Notes under the pieces: generated by a model | Told to the model about the DNA's origin: nothing | The model's database searches: none | What the model saw: only the letters and a program-made list of their open reading frames with translations | Part shown: positions 1 to 10,130 of the stretch, piece by piece | Layout of the letters: each line of letters starts with the position of its first letter | Position numbering within the stretch: position 1 is the stretch's first letter | Translations under genes and position numbers: made by a program | From: Candidatus Marinacidobacterium sp. | GTDB taxonomy: Bacteria; Acidobacteriota; Vicinamibacteria; Marinacidobacterales; Marinacidobacteraceae | Direction: 5' to 3' | DNA: 64,000 nucleotides | NCBI GenBank assembly: GCA_965204755.1 | Contig: OZ242011.1 | Location: forward strand, 1,728,001-1,792,000

Positions 1-1
1 G

Positions 2-850
2 GACCCCGACGGCTTCCGGGAGCGGGAGGGTCTCCGGCCGCGGCACTTGGTCTATCCCGGCCCGCTCCAGCCCGGCCGCGGCGTCGAGGAACTCCTCCGC
101 TACTTCGCGTCCTTCCTGGCATCCCACCCCCGCGCCGCGCTCGACCTGGTGCTCTTCGCGCCGGCGGGGATCCGCCTCCCCCGCCGCCCGGAGATCCGGT
201 TGGTGGTCCCCGAGGACGCCCAAGCCCGATTGGATGCGATCGGCGGAGCGATGCTCGCGGTGCTCCCGGCGCGGCTCTCCAGTTTCGCCTCGCAGGCGCT
301 CGAGCCGCTCTCGCTGGGGACGCCGCTGCTGGTGAACGCCTCGGCGGGCGAGTTGGTGGAGGTCTGCCGCGCCGCCGCCGGCGGTCTCTACTACGGCAAC
401 TACGAGGAGTTCGAGGCGATCCTGGAACTCGCGCTGACCGACCCGGCGCTGTTCACCCGGCTGGGCGAGTGCGGCCGCGAGTACTCCAACTCCCGGAACG
501 ACTGGACGGAAGTCGTCGCCGCCTACGACCGCGCCTTCCTCAGTTTCTCCCGCCCCCGCCGCGCCTCCGGGCGCGCCGGGGAAGCCTCCCCGCCGCCGGC
601 CGACCCGCCCGTCCCGGAACCGGATCCCGAGGCCGCGCCGCCCCCGGAACCGGACGCGGCGGAGTCGCCCGAACCCGCCGATGCCGCGGCGGGCGAGACC
701 GAACCCCCGCCGGACTCCGCCGCCGAACCGACCGCCGCGGAGGGTTCCGAGACCGCGCCCGCCGCCGAGTCCGACGATGGCGAGCCCGAAGCCGACCGGC
801 CGTCGGACGGCCCGCTGTCCGGTTTCTTCGGGAGTTCGATCCGGCGCTGA
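2..850 (+). CDS. Glycosyltransferase (GT4/GT-B C-terminal domain), 5'-truncated by the window, with Pro/Glu/Ala-rich acidic tail
   Basis: Frame open from base 2; motifs SSFASQALEPLSLGTPLLVN and RLGECGREY..NDW resemble the Glycos_transf_1 C-terminal region; low-complexity tail after about aa 170. Confidence 0.65.
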   Translation, partial: DPDGFREREGLRPRHLVYPGPLQPGRGVEELLRYFASFLASHPRAALDLVLFAPAGIRLPRRPEIRLVVPEDAQARLDAIGGAMLAVLPARLSSFASQALEPLSLGTPLLVNASAGELVEVCRAAAGGLYYGNYEEFEAILELALTDPALFTRLGECGREYSNSRNDWTEVVAAYDRAFLSFSRPRRASGRAGEASPPPADPPVPEPDPEAAPPPEPDAAESPEPADAAAGETEPPPDSAAEPTAAEGSETAPAAESDDGEPEADRPSDGPLSGFFGSSIRR

Positions 851-925
851 CTCAACGGTCCCCGGGGAAGCGCCGACCGGAGAGGGGTACGGGGAGGGCG
901 CCCGGCCGGTAACCCGACGGAGACT

Positions 926-2839
926 TCACGACTCGCCGTCGAGAGGGGAAGGCGGGGCGCTCTTCCCGCGGGCCGTCAACATCCGGGCGGCGCGGGCGAG
1001 CGCTTCGGCGGCGCGCCGGTGGAGCGCCAAGGCGGTCTCGATCCCCTCCGGGCGGTTGTCTCGGAGCCACGCCGCGCGGAAGCGCCGGGCGAGCGCCCGC
1101 TGACCGGCGGCCAGCCGCCGGAGTTCCCCGGCGAGAGCCGGATCCCCGCCGCCCTTCCGCCGCGCCTCGCGGTACCGGAGCCAGGCGAGCCCGCGCTCGG
1201 CGGCCAGCCGCGAGGCTTCGAGCGCGTACCCCCAGTCTTCGCCGATCCCCCCGCCGGGGAGGCCGGCCTTCGCGGCCTCGGCCTCCAACTCCCGGAGCCG
1301 GTCGAGCGTGGAGCGGAGCGCCTCCGCCGCCGGTACCCGCCGGGCCGCCAGCAGCCGGCTCTCGAAGAACACCGTCTTCAGCGGCGAGTGGTTGAAGTGG
1401 GGGAACCCGACTTCGTGGAGCCGGCCCAGCCGCGCCGCGAACTCCCCGGCGAACCCGCTGCGGTCGCCGGCCACCTGTTCGGAGAACGCGGCGGCCAACT
1501 CCGCTTCCGGCCGGTCTTCGTCCCCCCAAGCCGCCTGCGCTCCCGCCGCCAGCGGAAAGAGCGAGCCGCCGAACAGGTTGAAGTGGCCGCCGTCGCCCCA
1601 GTCGGTCAGGATGAATCCCGACGCGCCGTACCGCTTCGCCGCCCGCGCGTGCCCCCGGATGTTCGGGAGCGCGGTGTCCAGCCGGGGAAACAGGCTGCTC
1701 CACGAGGAAGTTCCGGCGGCGGTCAGGAAGTCGCGGCCGGCTTCGCGGAAACGCTCCACCCGGTCGAAGTCGTGGTCGGCCTCGTACCACCAGTCGGCGA
1801 GGACGAGGTCCGGGGCCAGCCGGTCGAGCGCCTCCGGATGGTCGGCGAGCACATCGGCCCAGATCATCGGCCGTTTGCCGAGCCCCCGGGCGAGGTCGGC
1901 GACTCGGTTCACATGCCCGGCGAAGACCGCCGCCGGCCCTTCGCGCGCGGCCCGGGCCGCGGACTTCCCCCGGCCCAGGTCCACCGGCTCGTCGCAGTTC
2001 AGGTGCGCCCAGCCGGAGGAGAAGTTCGGCAGGTACTCGCCGAGCAGGTCCTCGAGCAGCGCGTAGGTCCCCGGCTCCTCCGGTGACACCGACCACAGCC
2101 GATCCGACTCGGCGAGCGCCCGGTAGCGGGGGATTTCCAGGATGCGGCGGAAGTGCCCGAAGGTCTGCAGGCAGGGGACGAGGGCCACCGCGCGCTCGGC
2201 GGCGAAGGCGTCGAGCCGCCGCAGGTCGGCGGCGGAGAGCCCGCCGCACCCGGCCCCGATCTCCGGATGGCGGGTGAACACGAAGGTGTGCTCGGTGTAG
2301 AGCAGCAACTCGTTGTAGCGAAGGCGCGAGAGGAGGGCGGCCAGCCGCTCCAGCCACTCCACGGTCGGTACCCGGCCGCGGGAGATGTCCAGCGAGAACA
2401 CCCGGCGGGCGATCTCCGGCCGGTCCCGGATCGAGAGCGCCGGAACCGCCCCGTCCGGCCCGGCCAGTTGCGCGAGCGCCTCCGCCCCGTACCGGAGCCC
2501 GGCCGCCCCGCCTCCCCGGAGGCGCGCGCCTTCCGGCGCGGTCTCCAGCGTGAACCCCTCCGGCGGAATCCCCGCCGCTTCGGCGGCGAGTTCGAGGACG
2601 ACTTCCCCCCTCGCCCCTCCGTCGGCCCGCCGACCCGGACCGGCGCCGGCGGTTTCGAGCGTCAGCCCGGTCCGCTCGCGCAGCCGGACGCCCAGGAAAC
2701 GCGCCGCCGCGTCGGCCGCTGCCGACCCGTCTCCCCGGCGGATACGCGTACCCGGCCCGAGACGGAAATCCCCCGGCCGCCGTTCGCATTCCGCCGGGGC
2801 CGGCAGGAGCCGCGCCGCGGGTTCGTCGGCGAGCGCCAC
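926..2839 (-). CDS. Beta-N-acetylhexosaminidase, GH20 family
   Basis: GH20b-type N-terminal domain (PEGFTLE..GLRYGAEAL), RRVFSLDISRGRVPT, catalytic HLNCDEP, PMIWAD; GTG at 2839 chosen because the longer ORF extension overlaps rpiA. Confidence 0.85.
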   Translation of the reverse strand: MALADEPAARLLPAPAECERRPGDFRLGPGTRIRRGDGSAAADAAARFLGVRLRERTGLTLETAGAGPGRRADGGARGEVVLELAAEAAGIPPEGFTLETAPEGARLRGGGAAGLRYGAEALAQLAGPDGAVPALSIRDRPEIARRVFSLDISRGRVPTVEWLERLAALLSRLRYNELLLYTEHTFVFTRHPEIGAGCGGLSAADLRRLDAFAAERAVALVPCLQTFGHFRRILEIPRYRALAESDRLWSVSPEEPGTYALLEDLLGEYLPNFSSGWAHLNCDEPVDLGRGKSAARAAREGPAAVFAGHVNRVADLARGLGKRPMIWADVLADHPEALDRLAPDLVLADWWYEADHDFDRVERFREAGRDFLTAAGTSSWSSLFPRLDTALPNIRGHARAAKRYGASGFILTDWGDGGHFNLFGGSLFPLAAGAQAAWGDEDRPEAELAAAFSEQVAGDRSGFAGEFAARLGRLHEVGFPHFNHSPLKTVFFESRLLAARRVPAAEALRSTLDRLRELEAEAAKAGLPGGGIGEDWGYALEASRLAAERGLAWLRYREARRKGGGDPALAGELRRLAAGQRALARRFRAAWLRDNRPEGIETALALHRRAAEALARAARMLTARGKSAPPSPLDGES

Positions 2840-2926
2840 GCCGCCGATTATCCGCCGACCGGCCGAAAGACCTGGCCGCTTCGCGAAGCCCCGCCGTCGC
2901 CGTCCCCGCTGGTATCCTCCGATTCG

Positions 2927-3652
2927 TTGCGACCGCCGGGGACCTCCGAGGCCCGACCCGAGGACGACCCCCCGCTCAACCCCCCGCTCACCGTCGCCGC
3001 CGCGGCCGCCGAACAGGTCCGGCCGGGAACCGTCGTCGGGCTCGGCACCGGCCGCGCCGCCGCCGCCTTCTGCCGGGCGCTGGCCGAACGCGTGCGCTCC
3101 GGCCTCCCGGTGCGCGGCGTCCCCACTTCCCGCGCCACCGAGCGCCTCGCGGCGGCGCTCGGCATCCCGCTCGCCACTTTCGACGAAGCGGACTCCCTGG
3201 CGCTGGCGGTGGACGGCGCCGACGAAGTGGACCCGCAGCGGAACCTCATCAAGGGGCATGGCGGGGCGCTGGCCCGGGAGCGGGTGGTCGCCGCCGCCGC
3301 CGACCGCTTCGTCGTGCTCGTCGGGCCGGAGAAACTCAGCGGCCGGCTGGGGGAGAAGCGGGCGGTGCCGGTGGAAGCGCTCCCCTTCGCCGCGCCGCTG
3401 GTGGCCCGCGCCCTCCGCCGGCTGGGCGCCGAGGCCGAAGTGCGCCGGGGAGCGGACGGCGAACCCTTCGTCACCGACAACGGCAACTTCCTGGTGAACG
3501 CCGACTTCCCGGAGATCCCGGCCCCGGCGGAGTTGGAGCGCGCGATCCGGGGGATTCCGGGCGTCCTCGACTCGGGCCTCTTCGTCGGGATGGCCGACGA
3601 GGTCCTGGTGGAGCCGGCGCCCGCGCGGCCGGCGGGCGGTCCGACCGGGTGA
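2927..3652 (+). CDS. rpiA: Ribose-5-phosphate isomerase A
   Basis: VGLGTGRAA, AVDGADEVD, LIKGHGGALARE, FVTDNGNF, IPGVLDSGLF; start uncertain (TTG 2927). Confidence 0.92.
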   Translation: MRPPGTSEARPEDDPPLNPPLTVAAAAAEQVRPGTVVGLGTGRAAAAFCRALAERVRSGLPVRGVPTSRATERLAAALGIPLATFDEADSLALAVDGADEVDPQRNLIKGHGGALARERVVAAAADRFVVLVGPEKLSGRLGEKRAVPVEALPFAAPLVARALRRLGAEAEVRRGADGEPFVTDNGNFLVNADFPEIPAPAELERAIRGIPGVLDSGLFVGMADEVLVEPAPARPAGGPTG

Positions 3653-4395
3653 GCGGCGCCCGGATCTCCTTCCGGGAGGTCTCCAAGAGTTACGGCGAGC
3701 GGCGGGTGCTCGACCGCATCTCGCTCGAAGTGGCGCCGAGCGAATTCCTCGTCTTCCTGGGGCCGAGCGGCTGCGGCAAGACCACCCTGCTGCGGCTGGT
3801 GAACGGCCTGGCCGAGGCGGACTCCGGCGCGGTGGAGGTGGACGGGCGCGAAGTGGGGGACTGGGACCCGGTCGAGTTGCGCCGGGGCATCGGCTACGCC
3901 ATCCAAGGCGTCGGCCTCCTGCCCCACCTGAGCGTCTCCGCGAATGTGGGCCTCGTCCCCCGGCTGCTCGGCTGGCGGCTGGAGCGCCGCCGCCGCCGCG
4001 CCGCCGAGATGCTGCGGCTGGTCGGACTCGACCCGGCCGAGTTCGGCGCCCGCCGCCCGGCGGCGCTCTCCGGCGGGCAGCGCCAGCGGGTGGGCGTCGC
4101 CCGCGCGCTCGCCGCCGATCCCCCGGTCCTCCTGATGGACGAACCCTTCGGCGCGGTGGACCCCATCCGCCGCCGCAGCCTCCAGGAGGAGTTCCGGGCG
4201 CTCGCCCGGGACCTGCGCAAGACGGTGCTGTTCGTCACCCACGATGTGGCGGAGGCCTTCCGGCTGGCCGACCGGATCGCGGTGGTCGCCGACGGCGGCA
4301 TCCGCCAGGCCGGCCCGCCGGACGAAATCCGCGCCGCCCCGGCGGACGACTTCGTGCGCCGGCTGGTCGCCGACGCCCCGGCGCCCGCCGCCTGA
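3649..4395 (+). CDS. Osmoprotectant (glycine betaine/choline) ABC transporter ATP-binding protein
   Basis: Walker A GPSGCGKTT, LSGGQRQRVGVARALAADP, LLMDEPFGAVDPI, FVTHD; GTGA overlap with rpiA stop. Confidence 0.9.
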   Translation: MSGARISFREVSKSYGERRVLDRISLEVAPSEFLVFLGPSGCGKTTLLRLVNGLAEADSGAVEVDGREVGDWDPVELRRGIGYAIQGVGLLPHLSVSANVGLVPRLLGWRLERRRRRAAEMLRLVGLDPAEFGARRPAALSGGQRQRVGVARALAADPPVLLMDEPFGAVDPIRRRSLQEEFRALARDLRKTVLFVTHDVAEAFRLADRIAVVADGGIRQAGPPDEIRAAPADDFVRRLVADAPAPAA

Positions 4396-4417
4396 CCCGC
4401 CGGCCGCTCCCTCCCCG

Positions 4418-5059
4418 ATGGACTTCCTCCTCGCCCGGTGGCCGGAGATCCTCTCCGCCACGCTGGAGCACCTGGGCCTGGTGTTCGTCTCCGTCGGCGC
4501 CGCGGTGGCGCTGGCGGTCCCCGCCGGGCTCGCGGCCACCCGCTTTCCCCGCCTCGCCCGCCCGGTCCTCGGCTTCGCCGGAACCGTCCAGACCGTCCCG
4601 TCGCTGGCGCTCTTCGGCCTGCTCATCCCGCTGCCGCTCATCGGCGGCATCGGCAGCCGCATCGCGGTGGTGGCGCTGATCCTCTACGCGCTCCTCCCGA
4701 TCCTCCGCAGCACGGTTACCGGCGTGCAGCAGGTGGACCCGGCGATCCTGGACGCCGCGGACGGCATGGGGATGACCGGCTGGCAGCGTCTCAAGTGGGT
4801 GGAGGCGCCGCTCGCGCTGCCCTCGATCTTCTCCGGGGTGCGGATCGCCACCGTGGTGGGCGTCGGCCTGGTCACCATCGCCGCCGCGGTCGGCGCGGGC
4901 GGACTCGGCTCGCTTATCTTTCGCGGGTTGACGATGCTCGACACCCGACTGATCCTCGCCGGCGCCGTGCCCTCCGCTGCGCTGGCGCTCGCCGCGGACG
5001 GCGGGCTGGCGCTGCTCGAATCCCGCCTCTCCGGCGCCCGCCGGCCGGGCGGTTCGTGA
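4418..5059 (+). CDS. Osmoprotectant ABC transporter permease (ProW/OpuCB type)
   Basis: QTVPSLALFGLLIP, YALLPILRST, DAADGMGMT, GAGGLGSLI; ATG at 4418. Confidence 0.9.
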   Translation: MDFLLARWPEILSATLEHLGLVFVSVGAAVALAVPAGLAATRFPRLARPVLGFAGTVQTVPSLALFGLLIPLPLIGGIGSRIAVVALILYALLPILRSTVTGVQQVDPAILDAADGMGMTGWQRLKWVEAPLALPSIFSGVRIATVVGVGLVTIAAAVGAGGLGSLIFRGLTMLDTRLILAGAVPSAALALAADGGLALLESRLSGARRPGGS

Positions 5060-5964
5060 TGCCGTTCCGCGCCGACCGCCGCCGGTTCCTCCGCCGGGCG
5101 CTGCCCGCGCCGTTCGCGCTCGCCGGCTGGGCCTGCGGCGACGGGGGCGGGGCCCCGACGGTCGCGGCGACGGTGGGCGCGAAGGACTACCCGGAGCAAT
5201 TCATGCTCGGGCATCTCCAGGCGCTCCTGCTGCAGCGGCAGGGCCTCGAGGTCACCCTGCGGGACGGGATCCCCACCTTCCTGCTCCACCAGGCGATCGA
5301 CAACGCCGAGGTGGACTGCTTCGTCGAGTACACCGGCACGGCGTACTCGGCGGTCCTGAAAGAGACCTTCACCCCCGGCCAGACGCCGGAAGAGATCTAC
5401 GGCATCGTCGGGCGGTTGCTGGAAGAACGGCACGGCCTGCGGCTCGGGCCGCCGATCGGTTTCGCGAACACCTACGCGCTCGCCCTTCCCGCCGCCCGCG
5501 CCGGGGAACTCGGCCTGTGGCGCCTGTCCGACCTCGCCGATCATCCGGGGCTGGTGCTCGCCGCCGGCCACGAGTTCCTGGAGCGCGCCGACGGGCTTCC
5601 CGGCATGGTCGAGCACTACGGGTTCGAGTCCCCGCCGGAAGTGGTCACCGTGGACCTGAACCTGGTCTGGCAGGCGGTGGCCTCCGGGGACGCCGACCTG
5701 CTCGTCGGCAACTCCACCGACGGCCGGATCCCGGCCCAGGGCATGGTGCTCCTCGACGACGACCGGAACTACTTCCCGCCTTACGACGCCGCGGTGATCT
5801 ACCGACCGGACGCTCCTCCGGAAGTCGCCCGGTTGGCGGAGGCGCTCGGCGGAGCGATCGACGACCGCCGGATCCGCGACCTGAACCGCCGGATGGATGT
5901 GGACAAACGGGAGCCGGCCGTAGTCGCCGCCGAGTTCCTGGACGAGACCGGCCTCTCGCTGTAG
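5059..5964 (+). CDS. Osmoprotectant ABC transporter substrate-binding lipoprotein (OpuAC/OpuCC type)
   Basis: RRRFL signal and lipobox-like GWAC, VGAKDYPEQ, VEYTGTA, GFANTYAL, LDDDRNYFPPYDA. Confidence 0.88.
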   Translation: MPFRADRRRFLRRALPAPFALAGWACGDGGGAPTVAATVGAKDYPEQFMLGHLQALLLQRQGLEVTLRDGIPTFLLHQAIDNAEVDCFVEYTGTAYSAVLKETFTPGQTPEEIYGIVGRLLEERHGLRLGPPIGFANTYALALPAARAGELGLWRLSDLADHPGLVLAAGHEFLERADGLPGMVEHYGFESPPEVVTVDLNLVWQAVASGDADLLVGNSTDGRIPAQGMVLLDDDRNYFPPYDAAVIYRPDAPPEVARLAEALGGAIDDRRIRDLNRRMDVDKREPAVVAAEFLDETGLSL

Positions 5965-5977
5965 CCCGCTCGCGCGC

Positions 5978-6600
5978 CTACGGATTTCGAAGGCGGCGCC
6001 GCCCGACTCGCACGAGCCACCACAGGGCCAAGCCCACGACCCCGGCGGCGATGGCGGCGCTTCGGGCCGCCGTGCGGAGCGCGTAGGAGAAGACCGTCCG
6101 TTCGTCGGTAACCAGGCGGATCTCGAGTTCGCCGCCTCCCGGAGGCCGCCGCCAGCGGAAGCGGTTGCCCCGGCGGGGCCGCTCCGGGCTGTTCGCGCCG
6201 AGCACCCGGGCGCTCGGCTGCACCTCGACCGTTCCTCCCGCGACGCCCGCCGCCGGAACCCGCATCCGCAATTCGCGGCCGCCGCCCGCCGCCGGGCGGT
6301 AACTGCACTCCCGGACCAGGCGCGGGGCGGCGCAGAGCGCTTCCACCGAGTCGAACCGCACTTCGGCGAGCAGGCGCCCGCCGGCCTCCTCCCGCACCCG
6401 CTCGACCGTGAGGCCGGGGCCGGACAGCCCCTCGCGCAGCGCGGCCGCCGCCCCGCTCCCGCCGCCCGGCGCCCGGAAGAACGACACCCCGGCGCCGTCC
6501 GGCTCGATCCGGTGCAACTCCGCGAACGGCTCGCCGCCCGCGCAGCCGACGGCCAGCGCCGCCGCTGCGGCCGCCGGAAGGAGTCGCGCCGCCCGCCCCC
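5978..6600 (-). CDS. Hypothetical lipoprotein with C-terminal membrane anchor (start not identifiable)
   Basis: C-terminal part of ORF 5978..9286 not overlapping polA: signal-like RAARLLPAAAAAALAVGC, C-terminal TM AAIAAGVVGLALWWLV followed by RRR; no ATG/GTG/TTG near the signal peptide. Confidence 0.5.
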
Positions 6601-6605
6601 GTCCG

Positions 6606-6611
6606 TAGAAT
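6606..6611 (+). promoter_or_regulatory. Putative sigma70 -10 element for polA
   Basis: TAGAAT 20 nt upstream of the polA ATG in GC-rich context. Confidence 0.45.
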
Positions 6612-6631
6612 CCCGAACCGGTCTCCCGCGA

Positions 6632-9289
6632 ATGCCGACGACGACGGAAACGAGGTTGTTGCTGGTGGACGGCAACAACCTGCTGTTCCGTTCCTTCTTC
6701 GCCCTGCCGCGGCTGACGCGCTCCGACGGCCTGCCGAACGGGGCGCTCCACGGGTTCGCCTCCACCCTGCGGAAACTCCTCCGCGAGGAAGCGCCGGAGT
6801 TCTGCGCCGTGGTCTTCGACGCTCCGGGGCCCAACTTCCGGGACGAGATCTTCCCGGAGTACAAGGCGAACCGGCCCCCGATGCCGGAGGAACTGTCCCG
6901 GCAGGTCCCGTTCACCCGCCGCCTGGCCCGCGCCCTCGGGGCGGCGGTGGTCGAGGTTGCGGGAGTGGAAGCCGACGATGTGATCGGCTCTCTGGCGGTG
7001 GCGGCGGCCGGGCAGGGGCGCGGCGTGGTCGTCGTCTCCGGCGACAAGGACCTGCTGCAGTTGGTCGGCGGCCCGGTGGCGGTCGCCCTTCCCGGCGACC
7101 CGGACACCCGGCTCGACGCCGCCGCGGTGGAGCGGAAACTGGGCGTGCCGCCGGCCCTGGTCCCCGACTACCTGGGGCTGGTCGGCGACTCGGTGGACAA
7201 CATCCCCGGAGTCCGCGGCATCGGCCCCAAGACCGCCGCCGGCCTCCTCTCGACGCTCGGCGGCCTGGACGAAATCCTCGCCCGCCTCGAGGAAATCCCC
7301 CGCCCCCGCGCGCGGAACCTGCTCCGGGAGCAGGCGAACTCCGCCCTCCTGTCCCGGCGGCTGGCACGGCTGAAACTGGATGTCCCGGTCCCGGAGGCCG
7401 CGGACGGGATGGAGGGGCTGCGCTACCGGGGCGCGGACGCGGAAGCGGCGCTCGAAGTCCTCGACGAACTCGAACTCCGCACCATCGCCCGCGACTTCGC
7501 CGCCGCCGGCGCCGAGAAGACCCCGCCGCCCCGCGTCCGCCGGCTGGCCTCCCTCGCCGACCTCGAAGCCGAACTCCGGCGCGCCCGCGAAGCCGGCCGG
7601 CTCTCGGTCCACGCCGCCTTCGCCCCGGCGGAAGGCCGCTCCCCGCCGCGCCTCGCCGCGGTCGGTCTCGCCTCCGCCGAGGGCGAGGCCGCCTGCGCCG
7701 TCGCCGGGCCCGCGCTTCCCGAAGCGGAACTCGCCTCCGCCTTCGGTTCGGCGCTCGGGGGAGACGGGCCCGCGCTCACCGGCCACGGCGTCCAGCCGTT
7801 CGTCCGCTGCCTGCTGGAAGCCGGGGCCGGGCCGCCGCGGGTGGCCCACGACAGCCAGGTCGCCGCGTGGCTGCTGAACACCACCCGCCGCGCCCAGGAG
7901 TTCGCCGGTGTGCTGCGCGACTACACCGGCCTCTCGCTGCCCGAGTCCGCCTCCGCCGGCGGCAGCCTCTTCGCCTCCGGCCCGGCGCCGGCGGAAAGCG
8001 AAGGCCTCGCCGTCCGCGCCGCCCGGCAGTTCCCGCTGGCGAAGGAACTCGAGTCCCGGCTGGACGACGAGGAAGGGCTCCGGTCGGTCTTCTCGGACAT
8101 CGAGATGCCGCTTCTGCCGGTGCTGGCCCGGATCGAGACCCGCGGCCTCCTGCTGGACTCGGCGGCGCTCGAACGCCTCGGGAGCGAGTTGGCCGGCCGG
8201 ATCGGCGCCCTCGAGGAGCGCATCCACGAACTGGCCGGCGGTCCGTTCGACATCGGGAGCCCGAAGCAGTTGGGCGAGGTCCTCTTCGACAAACTCCAAC
8301 TGCCGGAGACGAAGAAGACCCAGAAGACCAAGCGCGCCTCCACCCGCGCCGAGGTGCTCGAAGAGTTGGCGGCGCAACACGAACTCCCCGCGCTGGTCCT
8401 CGAGTACCGGGAACTGGCGAAACTGAAGAGCACCTATGTGGACCCGCTCCCGACCCTGGTCTCGAAGGAGACCGGACGGCTCCACACCCGGCTCCACCAG
8501 ACGGTCGCGGCGACCGGCCGGCTCTCCAGCAGCGATCCCAACCTCCAGAACATCCCGGCGCGCACCGAACTCGGCCGGAAGGTGCGCCGCGCCTTCGTCG
8601 CCGCCCCGGGGAACCGGCTCCTCTCCGCGGACTACTCGCAAATCGAACTCCGGGTGCTCGCCCACCTGAGCGGCGACCCGGCCCTGGTCGAGGCGTTCCG
8701 CCGGGGAGAGGACATCCACGCCCGCACCGCGGCGGAGGTCTTCGGCGGGGCCGGCCTCGACCCCGCCGAGGCGCGGCGGCGGGCGAAGATCGTGAACTTC
8801 TCGGTCATCTACGGCAAGACCGCCTTCACCCTGGGCCGGGAGATCGGCGTCTCCACCGGCGAGGCGCAGGCGTTCATAGACGCCTACTTCGCCCGGTACG
8901 CCCGCGTCCGGACCCTCATCGAAGAGATCCGGGAGACCGCCCGAACGAAGGGCCGGGTGACCACGCCGTTCGGCCGGCAGCGGCTCATCCCGGAAATCCG
9001 CGCGCAGAACCGGGCGCGGCGGGAAGCGGCGGAGCGGATGGCGGTGAACGCGCCGATCCAGGGCGCCGCCGCCGACCTGGTCAAGATCGCCATGCTCGGC
9101 GTCGAGCGCGCGCTCGCCGGGACCTCCGGCGCCCTCCTCCTGCAGGTCCACGACGAGTTGCTGGTGGAGGCCGAAGCCGGGGAGGCGGAGGAGGTGGGCG
9201 AGACGGTGCGGCGCGAGATGGAATCCGCCGCGGAACTCGCGGTGCCCCTGGTCGCGGAAGTCCGCGTCTCCGACTTCTGGGAGCACTGA
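6632..9289 (+). CDS. polA: DNA polymerase I
   Basis: 5'-3' exonuclease LLLVDGNNLLFRSFFA, EYKANR, EADDVIG, GDSVDNIPGV; polymerase TGRLSSSDPNLQNIP, ADYSQIELR, KIVNFSVIYG, QVHDEL. Confidence 0.97.
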   Translation: MPTTTETRLLLVDGNNLLFRSFFALPRLTRSDGLPNGALHGFASTLRKLLREEAPEFCAVVFDAPGPNFRDEIFPEYKANRPPMPEELSRQVPFTRRLARALGAAVVEVAGVEADDVIGSLAVAAAGQGRGVVVVSGDKDLLQLVGGPVAVALPGDPDTRLDAAAVERKLGVPPALVPDYLGLVGDSVDNIPGVRGIGPKTAAGLLSTLGGLDEILARLEEIPRPRARNLLREQANSALLSRRLARLKLDVPVPEAADGMEGLRYRGADAEAALEVLDELELRTIARDFAAAGAEKTPPPRVRRLASLADLEAELRRAREAGRLSVHAAFAPAEGRSPPRLAAVGLASAEGEAACAVAGPALPEAELASAFGSALGGDGPALTGHGVQPFVRCLLEAGAGPPRVAHDSQVAAWLLNTTRRAQEFAGVLRDYTGLSLPESASAGGSLFASGPAPAESEGLAVRAARQFPLAKELESRLDDEEGLRSVFSDIEMPLLPVLARIETRGLLLDSAALERLGSELAGRIGALEERIHELAGGPFDIGSPKQLGEVLFDKLQLPETKKTQKTKRASTRAEVLEELAAQHELPALVLEYRELAKLKSTYVDPLPTLVSKETGRLHTRLHQTVAATGRLSSSDPNLQNIPARTELGRKVRRAFVAAPGNRLLSADYSQIELRVLAHLSGDPALVEAFRRGEDIHARTAAEVFGGAGLDPAEARRRAKIVNFSVIYGKTAFTLGREIGVSTGEAQAFIDAYFARYARVRTLIEEIRETARTKGRVTTPFGRQRLIPEIRAQNRARREAAERMAVNAPIQGAAADLVKIAMLGVERALAGTSGALLLQVHDELLVEAEAGEAEEVGETVRREMESAAELAVPLVAEVRVSDFWEH

Positions 9290-9323
9290 CCGCTCCGGGA
9301 GGGTTCCACCGAGGCCGGGCGGC

Positions 9324-10130
9324 TCACGGCTTCCCGAGGTACGCGCCGTCGGGATCGAGTTCTTCGCGCAGGATGCGGAGCGCCTCCGGCGAGGGCGGCG
9401 GGGTCGGCCCCACCTCCGGCGCCACCCGCATCTCCCACGAGGCGGCGCTCTTCGCCTGCTCCACCTCCACGCCCGGATGGACGGACTCCAGGGTCATCTC
9501 CCGAGTCTCCGGGTCGAAGCCGTACGCGCCGAGGTCGGTGATCACCCGCGACGGCCCGCCCCCGGGAGCGCCCAGCCGCTCCCGGGAATCGCCGCCCTCG
9601 GCCCAGCCGACGGTGGTGCGGAAGTCCAGCCGCTCGACGAACTTCCGGGCGTCCTGGCGCAGGATCACCACGGTGCGGCGGGCGTTCCAGGCGATGTCCG
9701 GAGCGCCGCCGGCGCCGGGGAGGCGCACTTTCGGGCGCCGGTAGTCCCGGCCGATCACCGTGGTGTTCAGGTTGCCGAAGCGGTCGATCTGCGCCGCGCC
9801 GAGCAGCCCCAGGTCGCACCGGCCGCCCTGGAGGAAGTAGAGGAAGGTCTCGGTCATGGGCAGCACCTGCGCCGCCCCGCTGACCAGGCAGGGGTCGCCG
9901 ATGGAGAGCGGCGTCCGGGCCGGGCGCGCCCCGAAGACCCCCGACTCGTAGAGCAGGTTCGCCCGCCGGGCGCCGAGCCGCTGCGCCAGCCGCACCGCCA
10001 GGTTCGGCAGGCCGATGCCCACGAACACGCTGTCGCCGTCCCGCACTTCCCGGCTGGCGGCGACCACCATCATCTCCGTCGGCGTGGGGGGCGCCGCCGC
10101 CCTTCCGACCCCGCCGGCCGCGCCGCTCAC
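9324..10130 (-). CDS. Acyl CoA:acetate/3-ketoacid CoA-transferase beta subunit (glutaconate CoA-transferase B-like)
   Basis: VFVGIGLP, YESG, LGAAQIDRFGNLNTT, RLPGAGGAPDI, VITDLG; GTG at 10130 overlaps the alpha-subunit stop. Confidence 0.88.
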   Translation of the reverse strand: MSGAAGGVGRAAAPPTPTEMMVVAASREVRDGDSVFVGIGLPNLAVRLAQRLGARRANLLYESGVFGARPARTPLSIGDPCLVSGAAQVLPMTETFLYFLQGGRCDLGLLGAAQIDRFGNLNTTVIGRDYRRPKVRLPGAGGAPDIAWNARRTVVILRQDARKFVERLDFRTTVGWAEGGDSRERLGAPGGGPSRVITDLGAYGFDPETREMTLESVHPGVEVEQAKSAASWEMRVAPEVGPTPPPSPEALRILREELDPDGAYLGKP

